The position numbers were made by a program, and so were the translations under genes. A DNA stretch of 64,000 nt from Bilabrum cf. latius. Lineage: Eukaryota. The stretch is from the NCBI GenBank assembly GCA_965178125.1, contig OZ237748.1:496001-560000 (forward strand), written 5' to 3'. Positions 50,183 to 63,400 of the stretch are shown piece after piece; within the stretch, counting starts at the first letter, position 1, and the number at the start of each line of letters is the position of its first letter. The notes under the pieces were generated by a model. That model was not told where the DNA came from. It worked only from the letters and a program-made list of their open reading frames with translations, and ran no database searches.

Positions 50183-53100
50183 TCATCCCTAGGCCTCCTG
50201 CAGCAGCTTCATGCAATCATCGTGCCCACCCAGCCTCGCTGCCTCCAGTGGAAGTACAAGCCTAGAACGACCCGCTTCAATCACCGCTTTTCCCTTCATC
50301 TCCAACCCACCGGCCAGCTTGCCCAACCTCAGCCTCCTGGCCAGCTCCAGTGGCCTGCCCTCACTCGCTGCCCTGAATACCATCGATGCATCCCTCTTGG
50401 CCTCCACTGCCCGCCTCCAGCATATGGCTCTTCGAATCTGAGAAGGGATGAAAGACTTGATGCCGGCAGCGGTATCATTTTTGCCCCAGAACTATGCGTC
50501 CTCTACAGGAGTTTTGCCCTCCTGCTGGACAGACGGGAAGTAAGAGGGGCAGAGGGGATGGCGCATGTGGTGGTGGGGTGATAAACGGGATTCAAGTGAT
50601 GTTGTAAGACAGCTAGCCAAACTCACATGGTCCTTGATGTCCCTCCGGGCCCCTGCTTCCATGAGGATGGTGGCGCAGGCGGTGCAGCCATTGCGCGCTG
50701 CCCAGTGAAGGGGAGTGCTTCCATCCTGCTGGTGATTTAGAGGAAAGCTATAGATCATGCGGTAATATTGATAATTCCTACAAATACTCGATCCATGTGT
50801 CTTTGTAAGGTTGACTGCATGCAATATCGGCCGGTCTCGGACACGGGAGCGGCCAATCGCAATCTGATCAGACACACACACACATCCAACACAGAAATAC
50901 ACACCTACAAGACCAACCATTCATCCAATATATATCTATCTCACATAAGTATCCGCGTTTACGTTCCCCCCATTCTCGATGAGCATCCGCAGGCAGTCTT
51001 CGCCCCCGCTCCAGGAAGCCGCATGAACGGGTGTGCTGCCTCCCTATGGTGGGGGAATGAAAGACAGGGAGTAGAGGGGAGCAGGTGTAGCGCTTGGGGT
51101 AGTTGTGGTTGTGGATGCGCATTCGCGTGTGTGTTAGTGTGTCTGTACGTGCATGGGGTGGATGCTGAGCGTGTTAGTGGCCGGCACTAGTGGCAGTGGC
51201 TCTGCGCCCTAAGGCCGCAATCCCAGCCCCCGAGTGGGTGGCCACCCCATTGGCAGCATTTTCAAAAGTTAAAATTCATACAAGCATATACCTATCTACC
51301 TCGTAAGGCAGTTTATCTTGACAGCGACCGGTCCCGGCCTCTGCATCCGCATAGATGCCGAGAATACCGGGGGGGGGCCTCAGGCGAAGACGAATGTCAT
51401 CCCGAGATTCATGGCCAACCCAAAGCCAAACAGACGCACACACATATTAAAAGCATACACAATTACACTCATACGAGCAATCAGCCCCCCAATATCTTTC
51501 TCTCACATTATCTATCGCATTTAAGTCCCCCCCATTTTCAAGCAGAATCCTCAGGCAGTCCTTGCTCCCGTTCTCGGATGCCCAATGCAGGGGCGTGAAG
51601 CCATCCTGCGGTCAACTATAAGAAACATGAAGCAGATGAGCTGCATCGTGTGCATGCGTGTGTATACCTTTGGGCAACTGATTAGGGTAAAGCTCTTAGC
51701 CCTGTGGGCGGAGTCCCCCGATGGATTACGGCCCAAGCGACAACATCTCCAAATTTTAAAAGGCACAAAAGCATACACCTGGCTTCTTATCAAAGCATTT
51801 CATCCCGACAGGGACCGGTTTTGGCCTCTGCATCGAATGCCAAGCAAGCTCAGCCATCGTGGACCGTACGAGCGAATCAAGACAAGAAGCAAGCCTCACC
51901 GTATCCACCGCATTAACATCACCTCCATTCTAGATCAGTAGAGCCAGACAGTCTGTTTGCCCCATCTCGACTGCCGCATGCACGGGTGTGCGGCCATTCT
52001 GCGGTGGGAGAACGGGAATTCAGCGCAGGGTGCGTGTGAGTGTGTCCTGTAGCACACCTGCCTCTCACCCAACGCGTGAGCTAGGTGGGCCAACCGGGTG
52101 GGGCTGAGCGATAGCAAAACAACCTCGAATAAATACTTGATGACATGCTAAGTTAAACCAGGCTAATATCGTATCCCCCGATCCACAAGACAGCACGACC
52201 AAATCGCGTCTCCTCTTGAGACCTCATCAGTCACTGGGGAGCTCTTGCTCGGGGGCCCGGCTCGATCGACGGTGGAGCCAATCAGATGCCATTCTTAACG
52301 GATACATACAGCGTCGTGGACACCCAATCCAAAAAGAACACACCAATCGTCACCAACCATTCGCCAAAGAACATGCTGATGAAGCACTCGTCACTATGCT
52401 AGACCTACCCCCTCCTGAGGGGCCGCCACTAATCGAGGCTGAAATCACCCACACGATAACAGAGCCGATACCATGTAATGCCATCGCGCGCCAGCCTCCA
52501 CCGAGAGCTGCCAGAACAGGCCCGTCACAGAAATACCTGGTCCGAGGCAGGCGGCGACAGGCGATGGGTGAATCAGAGAGCAAAGCGCATACCAGCAATA
52601 CATCCACATGGGTTTTGTCAAGCATATTGCAGCCACGCGAAATTCACAAATCTATCAAGAAATCCAATCAGACCTCTCGGGCAGGCAGCCTGTTTCTCCC
52701 TCACGTCATCTGCAGCGTTCACGTTGGCGCCCCTCTCGATGAGCAGTTTCAGACAGTCCATCTTGCCATTGCTCGCAGCAAAATACGCAGCTGTCTATCC
52801 ATTCTGTGGAGAACCCAAAACATAAGAAGATGAAACCTTTGGTAGGTACCCGTGGATGGCAGGCAGACCTCGAGCGAAGGGAGCAACCTGGTGGCGGGGT
52901 GGGACACAAGGTGCAGGGAAAGGCACCCCGTGATGGGGACCATGTAGGGAGAACTCCAGTAAAAGGGGTCGGTCCAGTCTATCTATACGAGTACCTAGTC
53001 CATTTGGTTTCTCCTATGCCCGAGCAGCTGCCTCGCCCCTCTCGCAGGATGCACCGGGCTCAGAATCCGCTGACGGCCAGGCGCGGTAAGCAAGCAATTC

Positions 53101-53746
53101 CAGATGCGATGTACAAGGACATGTACTTATAGCAAAAATGGTAGCTATGCACAGCAACTTCCACGAGTTGCCCCCCGCTCTGGCTAACCCAAGAATCGAC
53201 GGTGTGCATCGGGTTGAGCTAATGGCTTGCAGCTGTCGGCGCCACGGAGATTGGCTAGCTAGAGGCAGATGGCCCCATCGATTGCCATGGACGAAGGGAA
53301 ACATGCCGTGCAGCGAGATTACTCGGACTTGCTCCACTGGTGGATCGTCATCCGATCACTGGCGAGCTGTTTGACAGCTGGTACATGGACACACTTGTCT
53401 AAACATTACCAGCAACTCAAGACTAACAAATAAATCCCGACCTGTCGTACTAAATCTCACTTCATCGTTGGATTCGACGTTCGCTCCCGCATCTAGGCTT
53501 GCCCTCACGCGGCCCACCTTGCCGTCATAGGCTGCTGACATGAGCGCGTATTCCCTGCGAGTTTCAAGCATGAAGCATGGACGATTTATTAAACGTGTAA
53601 AATAGATTCATGTAGATTGAATTAACCAGGATATCTTAATGCACCACAGGCCAGGATGCAACAGCTTGCTTCTATGCACTGGTGCCATACTTTGAAATGT
53701 ACCGATAGTCAAATCATGGAAGGTGATTGATGTCTTTAACTAACAT
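50183..53746 (-). CDS. Ankyrin-repeat protein A7, the longest member (7 coding exons after the split start)
   Basis: AT 53746-5|GTTAGT; exons start ~53554, 52803, 51998, 51605, 51042, 50725, 50521. TAG at ~52795, 51930, 50492, 50189; TGA 50183-5. Confidence 0.8.
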
Positions 53747-54864
53747 ATCAAACTAAGACCACAACTAGCCCGGTGCCTTCTAAGCAGGTTGGAATGGACC
53801 ATCTTGGATCGTGTCCCGAATGGTACACTATAACATCACCTTTCAATAACATATTACAGAGTTTCCTATCTGCAACTGCGCCTCTATCATTGCTATTTTT
53901 GCACAGATTTTGATCATGCGTCTCATACTATATTAACCTATCATGCCGTTCTAGCTCGTGAACTCCTGGCACTTTCCATTCGAAATTATCCGTGATTTTG
54001 ATTAGAACTCCACCAGTAGCCGCCCACGAGTGTCTGCTAACGAGATGAGCTCGACGTATCCAATGCATGATTTAGAGCTAGGTTTCATAATATTGGTATT
54101 GATGATTTTGCCAAAGCAAGTGACCAACTACTCCAACGGAAGCTCTTAGTGGTCGGACATGCAGATTTCATGATTGCTCTGCACCTATTCTTTTCCACGC
54201 AACTTGGAATCCACTGTAGTTATACCCATGCACATTGCTCAACTGTAGCGGCATGCTTAACCATAGGCTGGCTGCAGTATTTTGGCAGGCAGCCCAGCGC
54301 GAATCGAAGCCAGCATGCGAGCCCCGTCAGCGTCACCCATGGCGTACCCAGTACTCAACCCAGCGCCTTGTCAGTCCTGATGTACGCGTTTGCTGCGATA
54401 GCACATATTATCTTTTGACTTGTCCCAGTGCTGAGTGACGCGCGATATGGTCTGCATGGGTGCACGGGCCCTGCAGACCGACACATGGTTCATTCAGGCA
54501 CAGTGCGCGTTTGCAGTGCAAACGCGCACCTGAGGCTCTGCAAGGGCCAGCCTGGCCGTCAACACGGCCTCCCTTACCGCTGCGGTCATGAAGCTGTCTA
54601 GTTATTCTAGCACAATACGGTGCACCCACAGCAACATATCCTTGCTTCGGTTCCTGCTCAGCCCCCCGCGCTCAGGGCCCTACGCATGATGAGAGCCCAT
54701 CCCTCTGCTGCTGCTTGGCTATGGGCTCGTAGTACTGCCCTTGCGCCCCGATGGGGAGGGCCCCCTTGAGGATGCCCTGCCAGCCAGCGGGCTAGGCAGC
54801 AGAGTGCTCGCCGGGACCGATCCTGTATCCATTATTTCAAAATAAAATCAACAGTACAAGGCTT

Positions 54865-57252
54865 TTACCGCCCCTTGGCTTCTTCCAACAACTTCGTGCA
54901 CTCGTCATGCCCACCCAGCCTCGCGGCCTCCAGTGGAAGCAACAGCCTAGACCTCCCATCTTCAATCGTCACATTTCCCTCCATCTCCAATCCACCGGCC
55001 AGCTTGCCCAGCTTCAGCCTCCTGGCCAACTCCATCGGCCTGCCCTCACTCGCTGTCGGGAAGACCATCTAAGCATCTCTCTTGGCCTCCACTGCCCGCC
55101 TCCAGCACATGGCGCTTCGGACTCGTGATGGAACAAACGACCTTATGGCGACCGCTGTGTCGGGTTCGTTTCCTATGTCTGCTTCTTCAGCAGGTGTCTT
55201 GCCTTCCTGATAGACAGATGAATGGAGGGAGAGAGAAAGAGCAAGTAAGGTGGAGGGGCGTACGGTTCGTGGGACACAGGAAAATGGATTGATTGATGGT
55301 AGGTGATTTTTTTGATATATCGGCTAACATGTTGGATAGAAAGGGGACAACATATAGCTATTGCGATGCAGCTGTACAACCTCACTTTGTTCCTGATGTC
55401 CCTGCGGGCCCCTGCCTCCAAGAGGATCGTGGCACAGGCGGTCTCACCACAGTACGCTGCATAGTGGAGGGGAGTCCGTCCATCCTGCGTGCGGATGCCG
55501 ATGGGGCAATATTGTCATCCAAACTCTCAAAGGGACAGTTGTTGTGAGTTTGCATGCATTCGGTATCTCCGCCACTAGGATGCTCTGGGGGAAAGCCACC
55601 GCTACTTCAAGATCACCAAGAACCACACTCATACCTTCACACTCGCCCAAACCCAACCCACAAGTCACACATAAGCACAATGAGCCAAGCTCTCAATGTT
55701 GCTCTCACCCTATCCACCGCATACACATCACAGCCTGCCCCAATCAAAATGGTCATAGCCAATGCTTCGCCATTCATTGATGCGATATGGACAGGTGTGG
55801 TGCCTATCTGCGGGGGGGGAACTGGGATGCGAAAGGGGTCTAGGGGGTTGCGTGGATACGGGGAGCAGGGTGAATGTTAGTTGTGCGTGTTTGTATGCAT
55901 GAGGCGGGTGCTGGGTTGTGTGGGGAATGCATCGCGCACCGGTGTGATTGCTTGTGAGTCTACTAGTCTCTATTTTGCCTTCACGGCATTTCATTCCGAT
56001 AGAAACCGGTGCCGAACTCTGAATCTGTCTAGGGGCCGAGGCAGCCTAGGGGCTCGTGCGGGATTGGACACCGACCGCATCACTGCATACCGATCTCCTA
56101 TGCCAGTGAACCATACCTTGTGGTAGTACAAGCCATGCACTGAGCTGTCAAACACATCAAGTAATTACTGGCCCAAATAGTTGGTCAACTCACGTTCTTT
56201 CCAGCATTCACGTTGGCGCCCCTCTCAATGAGTAGCTTCAGGCAATCCGTCTTTCCGGAGTAAGCAGCCCACCATGCGGCTGTATGACCAAGCTGCAATT
56301 TATTTATAAGAAACCAAGCATTACCTAGCAGGAGCGAATGGCAGAACATCTGGGATGAATGCAACCCGATGGTTTGGACGAATCGGGGGAGGGAGGACGG
56401 GAGGGGAGGGGGTGTGAATGGTAAGCGGGGTAGCACACCGTGCTGAAGGCAACACAAAGAGACTATCGGAATGTAATGGCAAAGAATCCATCCTGATCTC
56501 GGCCGGTGCAATGCGATGCTTCTTGCATCCCCGTGTCCGCATTCTCCACGCTGACTGATGAGCTGTCTCGCCCCTCGCAGTGAGCATCGAGCAGGCGATC
56601 GGCCATGGACAGGAAGTCGCTGGGAAGGAGCCAACAAGATGCTGAATATCAATGCCGTGCATTTGTAAATACAGACAAACCATGCCACGGCGGCGATGTC
56701 GAGTGCCCCCCTCACGGCCCTGCCGCCGAGGCTGTCGGTGCCACGGCTTGCTGGCGAGAGACGAATACCTCCGATGTGCAAAATGTTGTTAAATGCAAAC
56801 ATATCGCGGAATCGGCTTGTTTATGCTTACAAAGCATCGTCCGGCAGCGATACTCACTCGGCACAATCCAGCGGTAGATTGAGAGCCGATCGATCCCGGA
56901 TGGCCTGGGTTTAATTTTAGCGAGCGATAAACCTAAGAGTAAATGACTTGCCAATGACACTGGATCTCACTCCATCTTTGGATTCGATGTCCGTTCCCGA
57001 ATCCAGGCAAGCCAGCAACTCGTCGACTTTGCCATTCTTTGCGGCTTCTCGAAGTTTGTCTCCCCTGTGAAGTCAAAAATGCTATGATATTATTCCGTCG
57101 GACAAATTTGAGCAAATTCAATTGATCGAGGGACCGCAATACGCCACGAACAGTGCATACAACATAAACCTAGCCTACTACGCATTGGTATCATACTCAG
57201 TTTATTCCGATAGTTAAGTCTAGGTTACCCATGCACATTTCTAGCCTCACAT
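54865..57252 (-). CDS. Ankyrin-repeat protein A8 (multi-exon)
   Basis: AT 57252-1|GTGAGG; exons start ~57064, 56292, 55807, 55484, 55206. TAG 55069-71 lies opposite CAG in A2 and A6; ends TAA. Confidence 0.82.
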
Positions 57253-57338
57253 TATAAACTAATATAATGGCCAGACCGATACTTTCCAAGCACGTAAGAA
57301 TATGGATATTGGGGTGGAGGCCGCCATCACGAGATTAA

Positions 57339-57441
57339 ACCTCCCTCCCCCCCCCGGGGGGGCGGGGGAGGGGAGGTTCACACCCGTCAGTTGTGTGCCG
57401 TAGGTACGGAGGCACGTTACGAAGTGATTTAGATCGGAGAG
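57339..57441. other. C-run/G-run inverted repeat (57339-57378) abutting the dispersed hairpin element (57384-57441)
   Basis: AACCTCCCTCCCCCCCCC-GGGGGGGCGGGGGAGGGGAGGTT is an imperfect palindrome. It marks the boundary between genes and satellites. Confidence 0.6.
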
Positions 57442-57642
57442 ATTGTGTAGTATTGGTCGCAAGTCCGAGCGCAGATGTGAGGCTCTCACTTGTTCGGAAT
57501 TTCGGTGGCACCTGTGTTCTACAGCTGTGCCCCGATATTCTCAGTAATAATTGTCATTATGTGGCAATACACACTGGGAAGACAGGCAGGGGCAACTCCA
57601 GAGGAGGTGATTCCCACTGCTTGTTGTTTTGAACAGGAGCTG

Positions 57643-59590
57643 ATTTGCACAGCCGGTTCCCGTTCGCATGCCCGCTTAGGGAGCCCGTTCGGACCAGCTG
57701 CACAGATTGCATAGATTTGGTACATATTGCATTCGATTGTCATTGGAGCCTGCTTCGTCAGGCCGCCATGACACGTGATCTTGTAGTTGGCCTCGTGGCC
57801 TCACGCTGCCGACCGCGAATTCGATGCCAGGACGTGGTTGCATGCCAATTTTGGAGCCCTGCCAGTCCTGATGTCCGTTGTGCATGAGTGATTTTGCATT
57901 TCTATGGGTATGATTAGCTGGTCTCGCTCGTCGAGCCAGCCTTTGCCCGTGAATTGGTGAACACCTCGGATTTGCACAGCCGGTTTCCGTTCGCATGCCC
58001 GCTTAGGGAGCCCGTTCGGACCAGCTGCACAGATTGCATAGATTTGGTACATATTGCATTCGATTGTCATTGGCGCCTGCTTCGTCAGACGCCATGACAC
58101 GTGATCTTGTAGTTGGCCCCGTGGCCTCCTACTGCCGATCATGGATTCGATGCCAGGACGTGGTCGCATGCCATTTTGGAGCCCTGCCAGTCCTGATGTC
58201 CGTTGTGCATGAGTGATTTTGCATTTCTATGGGTATGATTAGCTGGTCTCGCTCGTCGAGCCAGCCTTTGCCCGTGAATTGGTGAACACCGCATTTCTCG
58301 GATTTGCACAGCCGGTTTCCGTTCGCATGCCCGCTTAGGGAGCCCGTTCGGACCAGCTGCACAGATTGCATAGATTTGGTACATATTGCATTCGATTGTC
58401 ATTGGAGCCTGCTTCGTCTGGACGCCATGACACGTGATCTTGTAGTTGGCCCCGTGGCCTCCTACTGCCGATCATGGATTCGATGCCAGGACGTGGTCGC
58501 ATGCCATTTTGGAGCCCTGCCAGTCCTGATGTCCGTTGTGCATGAGTGATTTTGCATTTCTATGGGTATGATTAGCTGGTCTCGCTCGTCGAGCCAGCCT
58601 TTGCCCGTGAATTGGTGAACACCTCGGATTTGCACAGCCGGTTTCCGTTCGCATGCCCGCTTAGGGAGCCCGTTCGGACCAGCTGCACAGATTGCATAGA
58701 TTTGGTACATATTGCATTCGATTGTCATTGGCGCCTGCTTCGTCAGACGCCATGACACGTGATCTTGTAGTTGGCCCCGTGGCCTCCTACTGCCGATCAT
58801 GGATTCGATGCCAGGACGTGGTCGCATGCCATTTTGGAGCCCTGCCAGTCCTGATGTCCGTTGTGCATGAGTGATTTTGCATTTCTATGGGTATGATTAG
58901 CTGGTCTCGCTCGTCGAGCCAGCCTTTGCCCGTGAATTGGTGAACACCGCATTTCTCGGATTTGCACAGCCGGTTTCCGTTCGCATGCCCGCTTAGGGAG
59001 CCCGTTCGGACCAGCTGCACAGATTGCATAGATTTGGTACATATTGCATTCGATTGTCATTGGAGCCTGCTTCGTCAGACGCCATGGCACGTGATCTTGT
59101 AGTTGGCCCCGTGGCCTCCTACTGCCGATCATGGATTCGATGCCAGGACGTGGTCGCATGCCATTTTGGAGCCCTGCCAGTCCTGATGTCCGCTGTGCAT
59201 GAGTGATTTTGCATTTCTATGGGTATGATTAGCTGGTCTCGCTCGTCGAGCCAGCCTTTGCCCGTGAATTGGTGAACACCTCGGATTTGCACAGCCGGTT
59301 TCCGTTCGCATGCCCGCTTAGGGAGCCCGTTCGGACCAGCTGCACAGATTGCATAGATTTGGTACATATTGCATTCGATTGTCATTGGAGCCTGCTTCGT
59401 CAGACGCCATGGCACGTGATCTTGTAGTTGGCCCCGTGGCCTCCTACTGCCGATCATGGATTCGATGCCAGGACGTGGTCGCATGCCATTTTGGAGCCCT
59501 GCCAGTCCTGATGTCCGCTGTGCATGAGTGATTTTGCATTTCTATGGGTATGATTAGCTGGTCTCGCTCGTCGAGCCAGTCTCTGCCCGT
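57643..59590. repeat. ~325-333 bp tandem repeat, ~6 copies
   Basis: TTTGCACAGCCGG recurs at ~57644, 57971, 58303, 58629, 58961, 59286. ORF duplicates are 658 bp apart. Confidence 0.95.
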
Positions 59591-60409
59591 GTGTTGGTGG
59601 AAACTGCACCGTTTGATCGGCACAGCTCCTTTGGGAACCCGGTTCCAAGGGATCATGGTCTTGGCAGCACTGCCTGTTATTATTGACGGTGCTTTTTCCG
59701 TTTCTCTGAATGAGCTCATAGCAGCCTGTCTTATGTACCGTTCAACCGGCCAAAATTTTCAGCCCACAGCTGCTGTCTATTTTCGCGGCTTCTAGTTTGC
59801 TTGGCCGTACTCCACGAGACTCCCTTTCCTAGCCACCGACGGTTCTGGCTATTATCATGATTCCCTGAGGGCTTGTAGGGCCTCAACCCTGACACCGAGA
59901 GACGATTCTGGTCCTCGTGTGCAGCTGCGGATCGCTTCCGCCTCAGGCGTACACAATACTACATGTGGTTCACTTCCACAGTCAGCTATACTAGCTCTCA
60001 TTGGCCAGACTGATAAATCCGTGCTTGCCGCCGTCTTCCTATCTCGGCGACAACAGGGGCACTTCGAATTTGCCCACCTCTTGCGCGTTCTGCCCTCATC
60101 AGAGCCTGCACAATTCGACAGCGTGAGCTGCTGGGGAGGTTCATCTAGACATTTTGTCTATTACTAATGGCCTCACAACACGCTTTAGGGAGCTGTGCCC
60201 TATCTACATCGATGTGCTCCCGCCGCCGCCAGGTAGCGCCGTACATCGCACAGTCCGCCATATCACGGCGGCTTGACCTGTTCGCATCTTGCGACAATAG
60301 CAGGCATGTTCTATAAATGTGTACCTTTTTCCGTAGCCTCCATCTAGTGTTTGCAGCTGCCTTCGCATTCAAATTGCTCCAGTTCGTCCGGGCTTCGCTA
60401 CAGGTTGCC

Positions 60410-63400
60410 ATGGTCGCATTTGCCCGACCAGCTCCTTGCCCACGTACGGACTTCGGATATGCAGTTACTTGTGGCAGCGACGTCCGTGCTGTGCCTGGCC
60501 TCTTACTCGGGCCCGCCATCGTTCAGTCGGCTTGGACATGGTCGCAATTGCCCGAGCTGCTCCTTGCCCATGAATGGGCTTCGGATATGCAGTTGCTCGT
60601 GGCAGCGACGTCCCTGGTGTGCCTGGCCTCTTGCTCTGGGCCGCCATCGCGCCGTCGGCCTGGACATGGTCGCAATTGCCCGAGCTGCTCCTTGCCCATG
60701 AATGGGCTTCGGATATGCAGTTGCTCGTGGCAGCGACGTCCCTGGTGTGCTTCGGCACTTGCTCTGGGCCGCCATCGCGCCGTCGGCCTGGACATGGTCG
60801 CACTTGCCCGAGCTGCTCCTTGCCCATGAATGGGCTTTAAATATGCAGTTGCTCGTGGCAGCGACGTCCCTGGTGTGCCTGGCCTCTTGCTCTGGGCCGC
60901 CATCGCGCCGTCGGCCTGGACATGGTCGCACTTGCCCGAACTGCTCCTTGCCCATGAATGGGCTTTAAATATGCAGTTGCTCGTGGCAGCGACGTCCCTG
61001 GTGTGCTTCGGCACTTGCTCTGGGCCGCCATTGCGCCGTCGGCCTGGACATGGTCGCACTTGCCCGAGCTGCTCCTTGCCCATGAATGGGCTTTAAATAT
61101 GCAGTTGCTCGTGGCAGCGACGTCCCTGGTGTGCTTCGCCTCCTGCTCGCGGCCGCCATCGGTCATTCTGATTGGACATGGTCGCAATTGCCCGAGCTGC
61201 TCCTTGCCCATGAATGGGCTTTAAATATGCAGTTGCTCGTGGCAGCGACGTCCCTGGTGTGCTTCGCCTCCTGCTCGCGGCCGCCATCGGTCATTCTGAT
61301 TGGACATGGTCGCAATTGCCCGAGCTGCTCCTTGCCCATGAATGGGCTTCGGATATGCAGTTGCTCGTGGCAGCGACGTCCCTGGTGTGCCTGGCCTCTT
61401 GCTCTGGGCCGCCATCGGTTACTCGGCTTGGATATGGTCGCAATTGCACGAGCTGCTCCTTGCCCATGAATGGGCTTTAAATATGCAGTTGCTCGTGGCA
61501 GCGACGTCCCTGGTGTGCCTGGCCTCTTGCTCCGGGCCGCCATCGCGCCGTCGGCCTGGACATGGTCGCACTTGCCCGAGCTGCTCCTTGCCCATGAATG
61601 GGCTTCGAATATGCAGTTGCTCGTGGCAGCGACGTCCCTGGTGTGCCTGGCCTCTTGCTCCGGGCCGCCATCGGTCATTCTGATTGGCCATGGTCGCACT
61701 TGCCCGAGCTGCTCCTTGTCCATGAATGGGCTTTAAATATGCAGTTGCTCGTGGCAGTGACGTCCCTGGTGTGCTTCGCCTCCTGCTCGCGGCCGCCATC
61801 GGTCATTTTGATTGGACATGGTCGCACTTGCCCGAGCTGCTCCTTGGCCATGAATGGGCTTTAAATATGCAGTTGCTCGTGGCAGCGACGTCCCTGGTGT
61901 GCTTCGCCTCCTGCTCGCGGCTGCCATCGGTCATTCTGATTGGACATGGTCGCACTTGCCCGAGCTGCTCCTTGGCCATGAATGGGCTTTAAATATGCAG
62001 TTGCTCGTGGCAGCGACGTCCCTGGTGTGCTTCGCCTCCTGCTCGCGGCCGCCATCGGTCATTCTGATTGGACATGGTCGCACTTGCCCGAGCTGCTCCT
62101 TGCCCATGAATGGGCTTTAAATATGCAGTTGCTCGTGGCAGCGACGTCCCTGGTGTGCTTCGCCTCCTGCTCGCGGCCGCCATCGGTCATTCTGATTGGA
62201 CATGGTCGCACTTGCCCGAGCTGCTCCTTGGCCATGAATGGGCTTTAAATATGCAGTTGCTCGTGGCAGCGACGTCCCTGGTGTGCTTCGCCTCCTGCTC
62301 GCGGCCGCCATCGGTCATTCTGATTGGACATGGTCGCACTTGCCCGAGCTGCTCCTTGCCCATGAATGGGCTTTAAATATGCAGTTGCTCGTGGCAGCGA
62401 CGTCCCTGGTGTGCTTCGCCTCCTGCTCGCTGCCGCCATCGGTCATTCTGATTGGACATGGTCGCACTTGCCCGAGCTGCTCCTTGTCCATAATGGGCTT
62501 CGGATATGCAGTTGCTCGTAGCAGCGACGTCCCTGGTGTGCTTCGGCACTTGCTCGCGGCCACCATTGCGTAGTTGGCTTGAACATAGTCGCATCTGCCC
62601 GAGCTGCTCGCTGCCCACGTCTGGGCTTCGGATATACAGTGTCTTATGACTGCGACGTTCGTGGTGTGCTTCGGCACTTGCTCTGGGCCGCCCTCTGTGA
62701 GTTGGCCCGGTCGTGCTCGCACTTGCTCGAGCGGCTCCCTGCCCGCATATGGGCTACGGATAAGTAGTTGTTTGTGGCAGCGATGTCCGTGGTGTGCTTA
62801 ACCGCTTCCTCTTGTCCGACATCGCTCAATTGGCCTGGGCATGATCGCATTTGACCAAGCTGATTCCTGCCCACGTAAGGGCTTCGGATATACAGTTGCT
62901 CGTGGCAGCGCCTTTCGTGGTATGCTTATCCACTTGCTCTTGGCCGCCATCACTCAGTTGGCCTGGACATGGTCGCAATAGCCCGAGCTGCTCCCGGCCC
63001 ACGTAAGGGCTTCGAAAATACAGTTGCTCGTGGCAGCGCCTTTCGTGGTGTGCTTATCCACTTGCTCTTGGCCGTCATGGCTCAATTAGCTTGGGCATGA
63101 TCGCATCTGCCCGAGCTGAATCCTGCCCACGTAAGGGCTTCGGATTTGCAGTTGATCGCGGCAGCGCCGTCCGTGGTGTGCTTCGGCACTTGCTCTGGGC
63201 TGCCATAGCTCAGTTGGCCTGAACATTGTCGCATCTGCCCAAGCTGCTCCCTGCCCACGTCTGGGCTTCGGATATACAGTGTCTTGTGGCAGCGATGTCC
63301 GTGGTGTGCTTAACCGCTTCCTCTTGTCCGGCATCGCTCAATTGGCCTGGGCATGATCGCATTTGACCAAGCTGATTCCTGTCTACGTAAGGGCTTCAGA

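Noticed and set aside
59590-60410. CPCC motif on the minus strand suggesting a decayed RT zinc finger or TnpB/Fanzor
   Set aside because: No accompanying RT or RuvC motifs, and the frames are broken.
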